In this document: positions 1 through 9,423 of the stretch, one piece after another
Layout: every line of letters begins with the position of its first letter
Position numbering within the stretch: position 1 is the first letter of the stretch
Source of the DNA: an uncultured Nannocystaceae bacterium
GTDB lineage: Bacteria; Myxococcota_A; Bradymonadia; UBA7976; UBA1532
NCBI GenBank assembly: GCA_964384025.1
Contig: CAYLJJ010000006.1
Coordinates: 4,492 to 68,491, forward strand
Length of the DNA: 64,000 nt
Reading direction: 5' to 3'
Made by a program: the position numbers and the translations under genes
The notes under the pieces: generated by a model
Told to the model about the DNA's origin: nothing
Database searches by the model: none
What the model saw: only the letters and a program-made list of their open reading frames with translations

Positions 1-1591
1 CTGCCAACCAGGCGTTCCAGCGGAGTTGGATCTCTGTAACGGGATCGATGATGACTGTGATGGAGAGATCGATGAGGATCATGAAGATCTCCCCTGTGGT
101 GTTGGGCTTTGCCAACGCTTTAGCGCCTGTGCGGGGGGTGTCTTCTATGAGTGCCAACCTGCCCGTTCTACCGTCGCCCAGGATCTGCTTTGTGATGGTC
201 TAGATGAGGATTGTGACGGGGAGATCGACGAGGATTATCAGCCCCAAGGTTGTGGCCTGGGGGTCTGCCTCGCCTCAGCGCAACGCTCAGCCTGTGTTGA
301 TGGCCTGGAGCAGCCCTGTGTTCCAGGCTCACCCCTGTCGGATGTTGATTTAAGCTGTGACGGGATCGATGATGATTGTGATGGAGAGATCGACGAGGAG
401 ATCCCTCCCCAGGCAGATGAGCAATGTGATGGGATCGATGATGACTGTGATGGAGAGATCGATGAGGATGTTCTGGGCTCTCTGGGAGAGCGGCGATTGA
501 CAGAGGCCGCAGAGAACTCCAGTAACCCAGAGATCCTCCCTAGAGAGGGGGGCTTTGACCTCATTTGGGCTGATCGTCGTCCCAGCGAGAGCGGCGCCAC
601 CCATTCACGTATCTTCTTCTGCCGCCTGGGCACTGATGGAGAGAAGATCATCCCGGATAGAGCGATCTCTCAGATGGGAGGCAACCACTTTGAGCCCAGC
701 TTCGCGGCGGGTCCTGGAGGCTACTTAGTGGCTTGGCATCGCCTCGGTCAAACTCATGGAGAGGTTGTCTTTAAGCGCATCGCCCTAGACGGGCTCACGC
801 TCCAAGATGAGGTTCGCGTGGAAGCTCCTGGAGATGCCCGTAATGTTCAGGTCGCGGGGGATGAGCTGGGCTGGGCTCTGGCTTGGACAGGCAGCGGTCA
901 GGGCAAAGAGATCTATCTGCTCAGGATCGACGCCGAGGGACAGGCTCAGGGCGAACCCCAGGTGGTCAGCCAGCGCCCTGACGGCGTCCAAGGAGAGGCT
1001 TCTGTGGTGAGCCTGATTGCCCGAATCGGGGGCTGGGCCATCGCCTACAATGAGATGGAGTTGGAGCAGCACCATCTGAACATCTACTTCCAACTCTTGG
1101 ACTCAGAGGGACAACCAGAAGGAGCCCGAAGGGGGGTAGCTACAGGGCCAAGCGCCTCTAACTCCGCCAGCTTGACCAAGACCCAAGGGGGCTTTGCGCT
1201 GGCTTGGTACGACTTACGGGATGGCAACGCGGAGATCTACAGCGCCATCCTGGATGCTGAAGGAGGGTTGCTCCATGAGCATCGAATCACAGAGGAGCTA
1301 CGCAGCTCAACAGGTCCAGTGTTACGGCCTAGGGGTGATGGCTTTGGTCTGAGTTGGCAAAACCTCATCGATGCCAGCAACTACGAGATCTTCTTCCAGC
1401 ACCTGGATGCCCAGGGTGCCCCTTGGGGAGAGCCGCTTCGCCTCAGCCAAGGGGCGGGAGGCTCCTTCGCTCCTGTCTCAGCTTGGAACGGTCAGGAGTG
1501 GGGGGTCGCTTGGCACGATCTACGCGACTCAGAGAATCGCGAACTCTACTTCGCCCAAGGCCCAATGGGCTGTCCTGCGCGCAGACCGTGA
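1..1591 (+). CDS. Secreted Cys/Asp-rich repeat protein (MopE-type putative metal-binding CxDGxDDDCDGEIDE repeats) with C-terminal W-x-D-x-R-D-G-x-x-EIY beta-propeller-like repeats. The 5' end probably runs off the window; the first in-frame start in the track is TTG at 26.
   Basis: Translation shows four or more CDGIDDDCDGEIDE units, then repeated LAWxDLRDGNAEIY-like units. ORF is open to the window edge. Confidence 0.5.
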   Translation, partial: CQPGVPAELDLCNGIDDDCDGEIDEDHEDLPCGVGLCQRFSACAGGVFYECQPARSTVAQDLLCDGLDEDCDGEIDEDYQPQGCGLGVCLASAQRSACVDGLEQPCVPGSPLSDVDLSCDGIDDDCDGEIDEEIPPQADEQCDGIDDDCDGEIDEDVLGSLGERRLTEAAENSSNPEILPREGGFDLIWADRRPSESGATHSRIFFCRLGTDGEKIIPDRAISQMGGNHFEPSFAAGPGGYLVAWHRLGQTHGEVVFKRIALDGLTLQDEVRVEAPGDARNVQVAGDELGWALAWTGSGQGKEIYLLRIDAEGQAQGEPQVVSQRPDGVQGEASVVSLIARIGGWAIAYNEMELEQHHLNIYFQLLDSEGQPEGARRGVATGPSASNSASLTKTQGGFALAWYDLRDGNAEIYSAILDAEGGLLHEHRITEELRSSTGPVLRPRGDGFGLSWQNLIDASNYEIFFQHLDAQGAPWGEPLRLSQGAGGSFAPVSAWNGQEWGVAWHDLRDSENRELYFAQGPMGCPARRP

Positions 1592-2252
1592 GCTTGATAT
1601 CGCTCCCGCTGGGGGCAAGCGATCATGTTTGCGCTTTTTGGTCTGACTACAGCGATACTCTGCGCGCTCAAGAGTCAGCGTCCATCACTTTCTTAAGCGC
1701 CTTGAGTATCACAGCTCTGGCCCTCATGGTGACGCTCAACATCTCGACACATCACTGTGTTCAGCGGTAACCTGTTCAACAGATTCTGCTCCCAGGGATC
1801 TGTACCCTGATCACCCTGCTCCATCTGCCCCAACCTCTCCTGGGCTTCTATCCCAACTATAGCGATGATCATCCTCTCGATTGATCACGCCAAGGCGGTC
1901 CATGGCCCGAGCTATATCGGGTTACACATACAGGGCTGAGCGCTGATGAACGAGACCAAGCAGAATAACATACGCGGTTAACAAAGCTCTATCTATGGCT
2001 CCCACTTAAGCAGATGGCGCCTAAAAATTTTCCTGGAGGCCAATATTCAGAAGAGCGCCCTCAAGCTTTCGATGGCTTGCTTCGAGCCATTATGATAACT
2101 TTGATAGGAATTGCGCAGCTGAATCGTCAAGCACCTGAAATTATTGTTGAATGCGGATTCCAATTAAACGGCTGTGATTTCAGGTGGTTACCAGATAAAC
2201 TAAGCAAGTTTCTTCATAAAGAAGCTCCCTCATCTAGCTGAGGATACCACTG

Positions 2253-4259
2253 GTGGATTTGAACACCTTTGATGATATTTCTTCATCCACAGAATACCCC
2301 GTCGATGCTCCAATGCTGCTTCGGAGAGCTCGGGCTGGCGGTTTCATTCGCACAAACGCAGCTTTCCGCATCCGGGTAGATGTCGATGATTTCGAGCTTG
2401 CAGCTGAGCCCTTTTGCAAATGGGTTCATCCAGCTGATGTTGAGGACGCCCGTATCATGCTCAGAGACAAGCAGACGTCTTGCCAGCTGAGACACCGAAC
2501 ACGGGATGGGGACTATCTGCCGCTGCAAGCGCGGGTCATGGAACATGGGGGCGACCTCATCATCCTCGCACATGGTATTGAAGCGCGCCCAGATTCGATT
2601 GGCCTCGATGATGCCGATGACGAAGCTACTGTGAGCGGCACGCTCCACACCATTGCGCAGATCGTGGAGGAGCAAAACCCAGGCTACAAGTGCTCTATCT
2701 TACTCGTTGCGGATGGGCGCTTCGTTCGTGGTGCGGGGCCCAGCTTGCCTGAGGAGTACAACGCAGCCATCGACGGCTTTGCTGTTGGGCCTACAGTAGG
2801 CTCCTGTGGTACAGCCATCTACTGGAACGTTCCAGTCATCGTTGAGGACATCCAGGAAGATCCACTCTGGGCGCCCTTTGCAGGGCTCGCCAAGGAGGCG
2901 GGGGTCGCCGCATGTTGGTCCTATCCCTTCGCCAGCAAGACAGGCCGCGTGCTCGGCGCCCTGGCGTTGTACTCGCCAGTGCCTCGCGCACCCACCTTGG
3001 AGCAGCTGGGACGACTGAGAGCGGCCGCGCGCATGACGGGTCTGGCGGTTGAGCGCGGTCGCGCCGAGGAGGCTCTGCGGATTCAGAGGCAACGGGAGCT
3101 GGAGTTGGAAGAGCAGCTTCGGCAAGCAGCCAAGATGGAGGCCCTTGGTGTCCTCGCTGGCGGTATCGCCCACGACTTCAATAACATCTTGGCGACCATT
3201 CTCGCTAACGCTGAGTTCATCCATGAGTTTCTGCCTGTGGGCTTGGATGTTCAGGAGATGTTGGCGAACATCATCGGTGCCAGCCAGCGCGCGGGCCAAT
3301 TCTGTCAACAGATGCTTGCCTACGCGGGCCGCGGTTTACTCAGGAGTTCAAGGATCGAGCTCGGAGAGCTGCTGCCCCAAGTTGATCGCCTCGTACAAGC
3401 CGCAGTTTCAAAGAAAACACGCCTCGAATATGTGCTTGGAGATGAGCCTGTTTATGTACAAGGCGATGAGAATCAGCTCCTCCAAGTGATCATGAACCTC
3501 GTTATCAACGCAGCAGAATCCATCGGAGAGGCTGACGGCAAAATCACCGTGAGATCCGACCACACCTACTGCGATGAGCAGGCATTTCGGCGTATGGCTC
3601 TACACGCCAAGCTGCCCGCTGGGGAGTATGCGCACCTGAGTGTGAGTGACACCGGTTCAGGCATGGATGCTAAGACAATTGCCCGGATCTTTGATCCGTT
3701 CTTTACAACTAAGTCTACTGGCCGCGGTCTCGGCCTGTCCGCTGTGCGAGGCATCATCAGCAAGCACGGTGGAGCGATCCAGATCGAGAGCACATTGGGG
3801 AAGGGCACGACGTTCACGGTGGTGCTTCCCTGCGTCGGCGGGTCAGAAGCTACGGAGCCAAAAACCTCTTCGCCCGTGGGTGGTGTCAGCGCCAAACGCA
3901 TCCTCGTCGTCGATGACGAACAGGCGCTGCGCACGATCCTCAGCAGACGCTTAAAACACAGCGGGTTTGATGTCATTGAGGCTGAAGATGGACAGGTGGC
4001 GATAGATATCTTTATCGAGTGTGGTGATTCGATTGACTGTATACTGCTGGACCTCAGTATGCCCAAACGCAACGGTGAAGAGGTGCAACGAGAGATCCAC
4101 GCGATGCGCGATGATGTGCCCATCGTGCTTATGAGCGGATATGGCGAGCAGGAACTCTTTGATCGTTTCAGCAAGGGCAGGCTCGTGGAGATTCTGCAAA
4201 AACCCATCGTGGGAAAGACACTGATGAAGGCGATTCATAAGGCCATTGCAACCGGATAG
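2253..4259 (+). CDS. Hybrid sensor histidine kinase (N-terminal GAF/PAS-like sensor, HisKA, HATPase_c, C-terminal receiver)
   Basis: H-box GGIAHDFNNILATI. ATPase motifs NLVINAAESI, DTGSGMD, GRGLGLSAV. C-terminal REC domain ILVVDDEQ...LLDLSMP...VLMSGYG. GTG start is possible. Confidence 0.85.
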   Translation: MDLNTFDDISSSTEYPVDAPMLLRRARAGGFIRTNAAFRIRVDVDDFELAAEPFCKWVHPADVEDARIMLRDKQTSCQLRHRTRDGDYLPLQARVMEHGGDLIILAHGIEARPDSIGLDDADDEATVSGTLHTIAQIVEEQNPGYKCSILLVADGRFVRGAGPSLPEEYNAAIDGFAVGPTVGSCGTAIYWNVPVIVEDIQEDPLWAPFAGLAKEAGVAACWSYPFASKTGRVLGALALYSPVPRAPTLEQLGRLRAAARMTGLAVERGRAEEALRIQRQRELELEEQLRQAAKMEALGVLAGGIAHDFNNILATILANAEFIHEFLPVGLDVQEMLANIIGASQRAGQFCQQMLAYAGRGLLRSSRIELGELLPQVDRLVQAAVSKKTRLEYVLGDEPVYVQGDENQLLQVIMNLVINAAESIGEADGKITVRSDHTYCDEQAFRRMALHAKLPAGEYAHLSVSDTGSGMDAKTIARIFDPFFTTKSTGRGLGLSAVRGIISKHGGAIQIESTLGKGTTFTVVLPCVGGSEATEPKTSSPVGGVSAKRILVVDDEQALRTILSRRLKHSGFDVIEAEDGQVAIDIFIECGDSIDCILLDLSMPKRNGEEVQREIHAMRDDVPIVLMSGYGEQELFDRFSKGRLVEILQKPIVGKTLMKAIHKAIATG

Positions 4260-4373
4260 ATTGTTCAATAATACGGAATAATTTTCAAACAAGCGGTTCC
4301 TATGACTGGCTCATGCCAGGGTGATATTATAAGAACTTTTCAGAAAGCTGGGCTGCGTTAAAACATACCATAC

Positions 4374-6077
4374 CTAGATTTCCAACCTCATCCAGAGTCC
4401 AAACTGAGCGATGACAGGCGGTAGTTCAAATAGGGGCTCGTTCTCTCCAAGGCTGGGTGGCTCTGCTTGAAAGCGCAGCTCCCCTGCTCTATCTCCGAAA
4501 TGAACCCCCAGATAGGGCTCTAAAGAGAGCCGTTGAAAGATCTCCTGACTCCAGAGAATCCGCGTCAATCCTGATCCATCCGAGAGGTTCTGGATGGCGG
4601 TAAAGAGGATCTGGCTATCCTGCCACCCCCCCGGCTGAGGCAGCAGGAGATAGAGGGCGAGGTAGTGACGCCCCAGGTAGAGAGGCTGAGCCTCCCCTTG
4701 AGCGTAGAGCCAGAGATAGAGATCGCTCTCCTCATAGCCTCCATCGTTGAAGAGGTACTCCATTCCCAAGAAGAGCCTCTGTTCTGCTCCATAGCTTATC
4801 GGCCACTCAAAGCCCAAGAGGAGCTGTCCGCTCCACTCCTGTTCCTCCAGCTCAGGGCTGAACTGAGGATCTCCAGCCATCGCCTCCCAAAAGTGAGCCG
4901 GCTCATAGCCCCCCTTCTGCCAACGCCAGTTCTCCTTGTAGTTCAGGACTCCCTCTCCATAGAGATCTAGAGGCCCCAAACCAGAGGAGAGATCCAGCGC
5001 CAGAGAGAGGGGCTGCTCCCCTTGGCCTCGTAGGCTGATGCTCAATTCTGTTGCTTCTTGAGCCCATTCAAAGCGCAAAGCCAGCCCCAACTCTCCCAGG
5101 CGATCAGCCCCCTCAGTCAAAGCCAAGATTTGAAAGTTAGCGCCCCAGCTCTCCAAAGGGATCTGAAGCTTTGCAGCGGAGATCCCTCCACGCAGATCTA
5201 CAAAGTTCAGCGGATCTCGACGCTCCTGGTTGAGCAGATCGCTGGGATTCCAAACTCGACCGCTGCCCCAACGGATGGGCAGCACTCCTGCGGTCAACCA
5301 AGCTTTATCATTTAGGTTTAGGTTGAGCCAAAGCTGATCCAGCTCTGGAGCAATCTGCTCCTCCTGGCTGGGATCGAGGCTCATCCTGAGCTGAGAGAAG
5401 AGCCGCAGCGCCTCTTTTGGGCGAGCATCCAGATAGAGGTCTAAGAGGTGAGGACTCCTCAACGTCTGATCTTCGATATCCCGCTCTTCGGTCCACCACA
5501 CATCATGGCGTAGATAGAGGCGACCACCCAACTCCAGCTCCTCTTTGGCTTGATCGCTGAGCCTGGACCGAGAGCCTGGAGTCGGCTGAGAGCCTGAAGT
5601 TGGCGGAGAGGCTGGGGCGCCAAACATCTCTTCTTCTCGAAGATCTTTGCGTGGAGAGGGTACCGAGGGCTTGAGCTGTCCAAAACCGCTGCTCTGCTCT
5701 GAGGAGCCCTCGACACAGCCAGGATCTTGGAGGGGGAGTGTGTTGGGGCTCTCTAAATGTTGAATTTCATCACCGGCTGAGAGCGAAGTGGGGGCTTCTC
5801 CAGGCAGCACCTCCAGGCGACCTTTGCGGAAGAAGATCCCCGCGTCCTTTTGAAGAAGCACTCGAAACATAAGGCTGAGTCGGACCCCATCGCAGCCCTC
5901 CTCCGCCCCCAGCGCTTCCAGTTGCCCCACAGCTTGGGTGCCATAGAAGATCTTAAGGCCCTCGCTGAGCGCTCCCTGCTCTGGAAAGAGCGCAGAGAGC
6001 CGATAGGGAGCGATCAAGGGGAGAGGAGCAGGCTGAGGGCTGGGGATCTCGGCCAAGAGGAGCAGCAGGAGCATCAT
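4374..6077 (-). CDS. Hypothetical secreted or outer-membrane protein (signal peptide, amphipathic beta-strand-like C-terminal half)
   Basis: N-terminal hydrophobic leader MMLLLLLLAEIP. Alternating aromatic/hydrophilic pattern in the C-terminal 300 aa. No recognisable catalytic motif. Confidence 0.45.
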   Translation of the reverse strand: MMLLLLLLAEIPSPQPAPLPLIAPYRLSALFPEQGALSEGLKIFYGTQAVGQLEALGAEEGCDGVRLSLMFRVLLQKDAGIFFRKGRLEVLPGEAPTSLSAGDEIQHLESPNTLPLQDPGCVEGSSEQSSGFGQLKPSVPSPRKDLREEEMFGAPASPPTSGSQPTPGSRSRLSDQAKEELELGGRLYLRHDVWWTEERDIEDQTLRSPHLLDLYLDARPKEALRLFSQLRMSLDPSQEEQIAPELDQLWLNLNLNDKAWLTAGVLPIRWGSGRVWNPSDLLNQERRDPLNFVDLRGGISAAKLQIPLESWGANFQILALTEGADRLGELGLALRFEWAQEATELSISLRGQGEQPLSLALDLSSGLGPLDLYGEGVLNYKENWRWQKGGYEPAHFWEAMAGDPQFSPELEEQEWSGQLLLGFEWPISYGAEQRLFLGMEYLFNDGGYEESDLYLWLYAQGEAQPLYLGRHYLALYLLLPQPGGWQDSQILFTAIQNLSDGSGLTRILWSQEIFQRLSLEPYLGVHFGDRAGELRFQAEPPSLGENEPLFELPPVIAQFGLWMRLEI

Positions 6078-6823
6078 CGGCTCTTACTCTCCAACCAAGC
6101 TTTGGTGAAGAGGTTGGCGGAGAGGGGTTTTAGGTCCACCTCTTTGAGCAGCGCTGTGCTGCGTTTGCCCTTCTCTATCTCATCATAGATTCGAATCTCT
6201 CGAGGGTAGTAGAGGAAGGCCCCCTTCGATGCGCTGAAGATCTTCTCCCAGCGAGGGTAGTAGAGCGTGCGCATCAAACGACCGCTTAGAGCCATCTCCT
6301 GGATCTTAAGAACATTTTCGCTCTCTGCATCTATCCAGATCTCTACCTTTGGATGGGGCAACTTGACCTCTTCATGGACCATCAATGCGAAGTGGTGTAC
6401 CTGAAAGCGCCCGAGCTTCTTTAGGCCCAAGTAGCGATGGTCAAAGTCACGGATGAGATGAAGGGGCTTAAAGTCGCTCATACGCGCCTCACTGCCCCCC
6501 AATCCCTCCCGCTCTGTACGTCGCTCCCATCTGCCTACGCCGGGATCATACATCCAGAGATTACGCTGGATCTTTAGATAGCCCTTGCCCGCCTCAGCCT
6601 TGGGCGCCAAGAAGAGCATCATAAATTTATCGTCTCGATCCCGGCGATATATCCGCGCCTCATAGACCAGATCTTCTTTGTCTGGTGCTCGAGACTCGAT
6701 GTAGGCCAGGGCCTGATAATCCCCAGTGCTCTTCATACGCCCATCGATACGGCGCAGCAGAGCTTCTTGAGCAGGGAGATCCAGGGAGGACAGGAGCGTT
6801 GATAGAAGGAGGAGTGTATACAT
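6074..6823 (-). CDS. LolA-like outer-membrane lipoprotein-sorting family protein (putative)
   Basis: Signal peptide, about 250 aa, overall resemblance to LolA-like/DUF4292-type proteins. Overlaps the upstream gene by 4 nt (coupled). Confidence 0.45.
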   Translation of the reverse strand: MYTLLLLSTLLSSLDLPAQEALLRRIDGRMKSTGDYQALAYIESRAPDKEDLVYEARIYRRDRDDKFMMLFLAPKAEAGKGYLKIQRNLWMYDPGVGRWERRTEREGLGGSEARMSDFKPLHLIRDFDHRYLGLKKLGRFQVHHFALMVHEEVKLPHPKVEIWIDAESENVLKIQEMALSGRLMRTLYYPRWEKIFSASKGAFLYYPREIRIYDEIEKGKRSTALLKEVDLKPLSANLFTKAWLESKSR

Positions 6824-6855
6824 AGGCTCTCAACTCTCTAAAGCTGATTGTCTCG

Positions 6856-7545
6856 ATGAAACTTACAGTGCTCTACCAAGATGAGTCGATCATCGCCATC
6901 CACAAGCCCTCAGGTCTGCTTGTCCACCGCAATGAGCATGCTCCCCACGCGGCTACCGTCCTCCAAAGTTTGCGGGATCAGATCGGCCAGCGCCTCTATC
7001 CAGTACATCGCCTGGATCGCCCCTGCTCTGGGCTCCTGCTCTTAGCTCTCAACTCCAAGACAGCCAGCGCCTTGGGGGCACAGCTTCGAGAGCGCAAGAT
7101 CATCAAGAGTTATCTGGCCTGGGTTCGGGGCTGGCCTCCCGACGAGGGGGAGATTCAGCGCCCACTCAGGGGGCGTCCCGCCTCTACCCGCTTTAAGACC
7201 CAACTCAGGGTGGAGCTGCCTGAGCCGGTAGGTCGTCACCCCAGCGCCCGTTATGCTCTTCTTAAACTGTGGCCCAAGAGCGGACGGCGGCATCAGCTCC
7301 GGCGTCATCTCGCGGGCCTCGCGTATCCCATCTTGGGAGACACCAGCCATGGAGATGGCCGCCACAACCGCTTCTTTAGAGGCCGCTTTGGCCTCAACCG
7401 TCTGATGCTTCACGCCCTTGAGTTAAGCTTTGAGCAGCCTCAGAGCGGAGAAATACTGAACTTAGAAGCTCCCGTTGATGGGGTCTGGCGGCGGGTTCGA
7501 GCTGAATGTCAGCCCTGGATTCAGGATCTCTTAGAGGAGATCTGA
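6856..7545 (+). CDS. RluA-family pseudouridine synthase (TruC-like)
   Basis: IAIHKPSGLLVH and catalytic HRLDRPCSGLLLLA motif. ATG at 6856 verified. Confidence 0.8.
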   Translation: MKLTVLYQDESIIAIHKPSGLLVHRNEHAPHAATVLQSLRDQIGQRLYPVHRLDRPCSGLLLLALNSKTASALGAQLRERKIIKSYLAWVRGWPPDEGEIQRPLRGRPASTRFKTQLRVELPEPVGRHPSARYALLKLWPKSGRRHQLRRHLAGLAYPILGDTSHGDGRHNRFFRGRFGLNRLMLHALELSFEQPQSGEILNLEAPVDGVWRRVRAECQPWIQDLLEEI

Positions 7546-8444
7546 GTCACCCGAAGGGTGTTGCCTTCACGAACCCAAGATTCAACGACAAATTGAGTCG
7601 TGGAGGTCAACTTCGCAGGGAAGCTCTGGAAGGCTTCGATAAGGCCCCTAGAGGAGAGAAAGGAAAGTTCAATGTTCAGTTCGTTTGGAAGCTGATTTGG
7701 GTCTTCTGGTCTGGCTCTGAAAGGCTTATCCTTGATCGGTTTTGCTTTCCGAAGCCGCGTTCTCGTAGTCTGCCAAATCTTCCATGCTTGACCGGCTGAA
7801 TGACACACGATGCTAAAGCGCGCAGGGGGTTCTACTACTCTGGTTTTTGCCGGTGGGGCGATAGAAGGCTTGAGCTCTTGCATTTTCACCGGTTCTTGAG
7901 GTGGGGCCTTTAACAATCTCTCTCGAGCGACGCGGATCGCATGAAGCTTACGACCAAATCCTGGCCGCGCAGCTTGGCCTCGGCGAGCCTGATGCCTCGC
8001 TCCTCCTCTATGCCCCTGATGCCTCGCTCCTCCTCTATGCCCCTGATGCTTCGCCCCTCCTCTATGCCCCTGATGCCTCGTTCCTCCTCTATGCCCCTGA
8101 TGTTGCGGCCTCGCTCGAGGGAGGTTGCCGATCTTTTGATGGTAGATCACAAGGCGGCGCAGCCACCCCAACTCCAAGCTGAGCTGACGGCCGGTGATAT
8201 CAGGGTCTTTATAGAGGCGGTTCTCTAACCAGACACCTACCTCTGTCAGAGCTGCTCTCTCGTTCTCTCGGTTCGCAAAGGCAGAGCCAAACATCTTGAT
8301 CAGCAGCTCAAGGGCAGCGATGGGATCATCAAGGTTACGTTTGATCTGGGTGAGCGCTTCGCTGAGGTAATGTGCATGGTTCTTCGTCGCCAGATGACTG
8401 GAGACCCCCAGCAGCTCTCGGTGAGTTGAGCTGTCCAGATGCAT
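7521..8444 (-). CDS. Terminal gene of the type III-like operon. Hypothetical protein with helical N-terminus and four HQGHRGG(A/T)(R/K) tandem repeats. The track ORF extends to 8528, but the ATG at 8444 sits 1 nt after the upstream stop.
   Basis: Minus strand reads ...TAA a ATG CAT CTG GAC (stop at 8448..8446, ATG at 8444..8442). A 27-nt in-frame tandem repeat encodes HQGHRGGxR four times. Confidence 0.5.
   Translation of the reverse strand: MHLDSSTHRELLGVSSHLATKNHAHYLSEALTQIKRNLDDPIAALELLIKMFGSAFANRENERAALTEVGVWLENRLYKDPDITGRQLSLELGWLRRLVIYHQKIGNLPRARPQHQGHRGGTRHQGHRGGAKHQGHRGGARHQGHRGGARHQARRGQAARPGFGRKLHAIRVARERLLKAPPQEPVKMQELKPSIAPPAKTRVVEPPARFSIVCHSAGQAWKIWQTTRTRLRKAKPIKDKPFRARPEDPNQLPNELNIELSFLSSRGLIEAFQSFPAKLTSTTQFVVESWVREGNTLRVTQISSKRS
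7988..8110. repeat. 27-nt in-frame tandem repeat (about 4.5 copies) inside CDS 7521..8444
   Basis: Repeated unit gatgcctcgctcctcctctatgcccct visible on the + strand. No spacers, so not CRISPR. Confidence 0.8.
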
Positions 8445-8445
8445 A

Positions 8446-9423
8446 TTACCAGCCCCCGATTTTGTGGATTTGAAGGAGCTTTTCTTCACCTGCTTTGTGA
8501 TAATCCGGCGAACCGGTGAAAGCAACACGCCAAGCTAGAAGGTCAAGAGCAGCCTGACGCCGAGCGCTGTCTTTCAGGTTTATCGTGGTTCGAGATGGTT
8601 TGATGCGTCCAAAACCCAGCGGTTTGCCTGCTCCTACCTTTAGACTGCTCCCCGGTTTGACGCCCAAGGCTGAGAGCAGCCCTCCAAGCTCAGCCCTGTT
8701 GAAGTTACTGAAGCGCACATAGCCCACGAGCCTTGAACCGATGGGAATCACCTCTACCGGCTGCTTACTCCCCGGGGCGGAGGGCCCTCGCCCTCCATGA
8801 AATTTGCGACCATGGATCTCAGTGAGCGTCAGCTTCTGCCCTGTGTGATTGCTCTCATAGTCGCCGCAGTGGTGTAGACGCGGTCCAAACTGGGCTGGCA
8901 TCTCTTCCAATCCAGCCTGAGCATCAGTCACAAAATCATCGAAGATGACTCGGCTGCGATGACCCATCAACCCAAAGAGAGCGCAAGCGGAGCAGATCCT
9001 GGGTGGACCATTACCCTGAGCACGACAAGCTTTGAAAAGATCTTGGGCTTTGAGTCGTGGGGAGAGTTCAACATCCCAGCGGTTATATGTGTTGGAGGTG
9101 ATTTTTCTCTGACTGCCTCCCATCGGCGCTTCAGGGAGGCAGGAGCAGGTGATCGCCTCATACCGGGCGCGTACCATCCCCTTAAAGCTGGAGCCAGGGA
9201 TGATAAGCTGTTCCCCTCGCCGCATAGCGCTCCGAGCGACCCTTCCATTGATGAGAATCTTGGCGCCAGAGCCAACATGTATAGCTTGCTCTGCGGTGTA
9301 GGTGAGCTGCATACGCCCAAAGAAGTGGCCCTTGCAGCGACGATCAAAGCGAACCTGCTCCCGCTTGGCTCGATTGACCCGAGTCGGTAAAGGCGTAAAA
9401 AGGTAACCTTGCTCAGAAGACAT
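8446..9423 (-). CDS. cas7: Cas7-family RAMP protein (Csm3/Cmr4/Cmr6-like), type III effector subunit
   Basis: IIPGSSFKGMVRA motif, CSACALFG zinc-finger-like motif, C-terminal G-rich loop VGAGKPLGFGRIKP. Start ATG overlaps the upstream stop (TGATG). Confidence 0.75.
   Translation of the reverse strand: MSSEQGYLFTPLPTRVNRAKREQVRFDRRCKGHFFGRMQLTYTAEQAIHVGSGAKILINGRVARSAMRRGEQLIIPGSSFKGMVRARYEAITCSCLPEAPMGGSQRKITSNTYNRWDVELSPRLKAQDLFKACRAQGNGPPRICSACALFGLMGHRSRVIFDDFVTDAQAGLEEMPAQFGPRLHHCGDYESNHTGQKLTLTEIHGRKFHGGRGPSAPGSKQPVEVIPIGSRLVGYVRFSNFNRAELGGLLSALGVKPGSSLKVGAGKPLGFGRIKPSRTTINLKDSARRQAALDLLAWRVAFTGSPDYHKAGEEKLLQIHKIGGW

Noticed and set aside
25-26. Treating ORF-track first codons as true starts
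   Set aside because: Several track ORFs begin at TTG or GTG (e.g. 26, 13392, 14903, 11179, 10427, 2253). Starts were adjusted where a coupled ATG was visible and are otherwise approximate.
7988-8110. Possible CRISPR array (regular 27-nt direct repeats next to cas-like genes)
   Set aside because: Repeats are contiguous with no spacers, period 27 nt, and lie in frame within an ORF encoding HQGHRGGxR units. This is a coding tandem repeat, not a repeat-spacer array.
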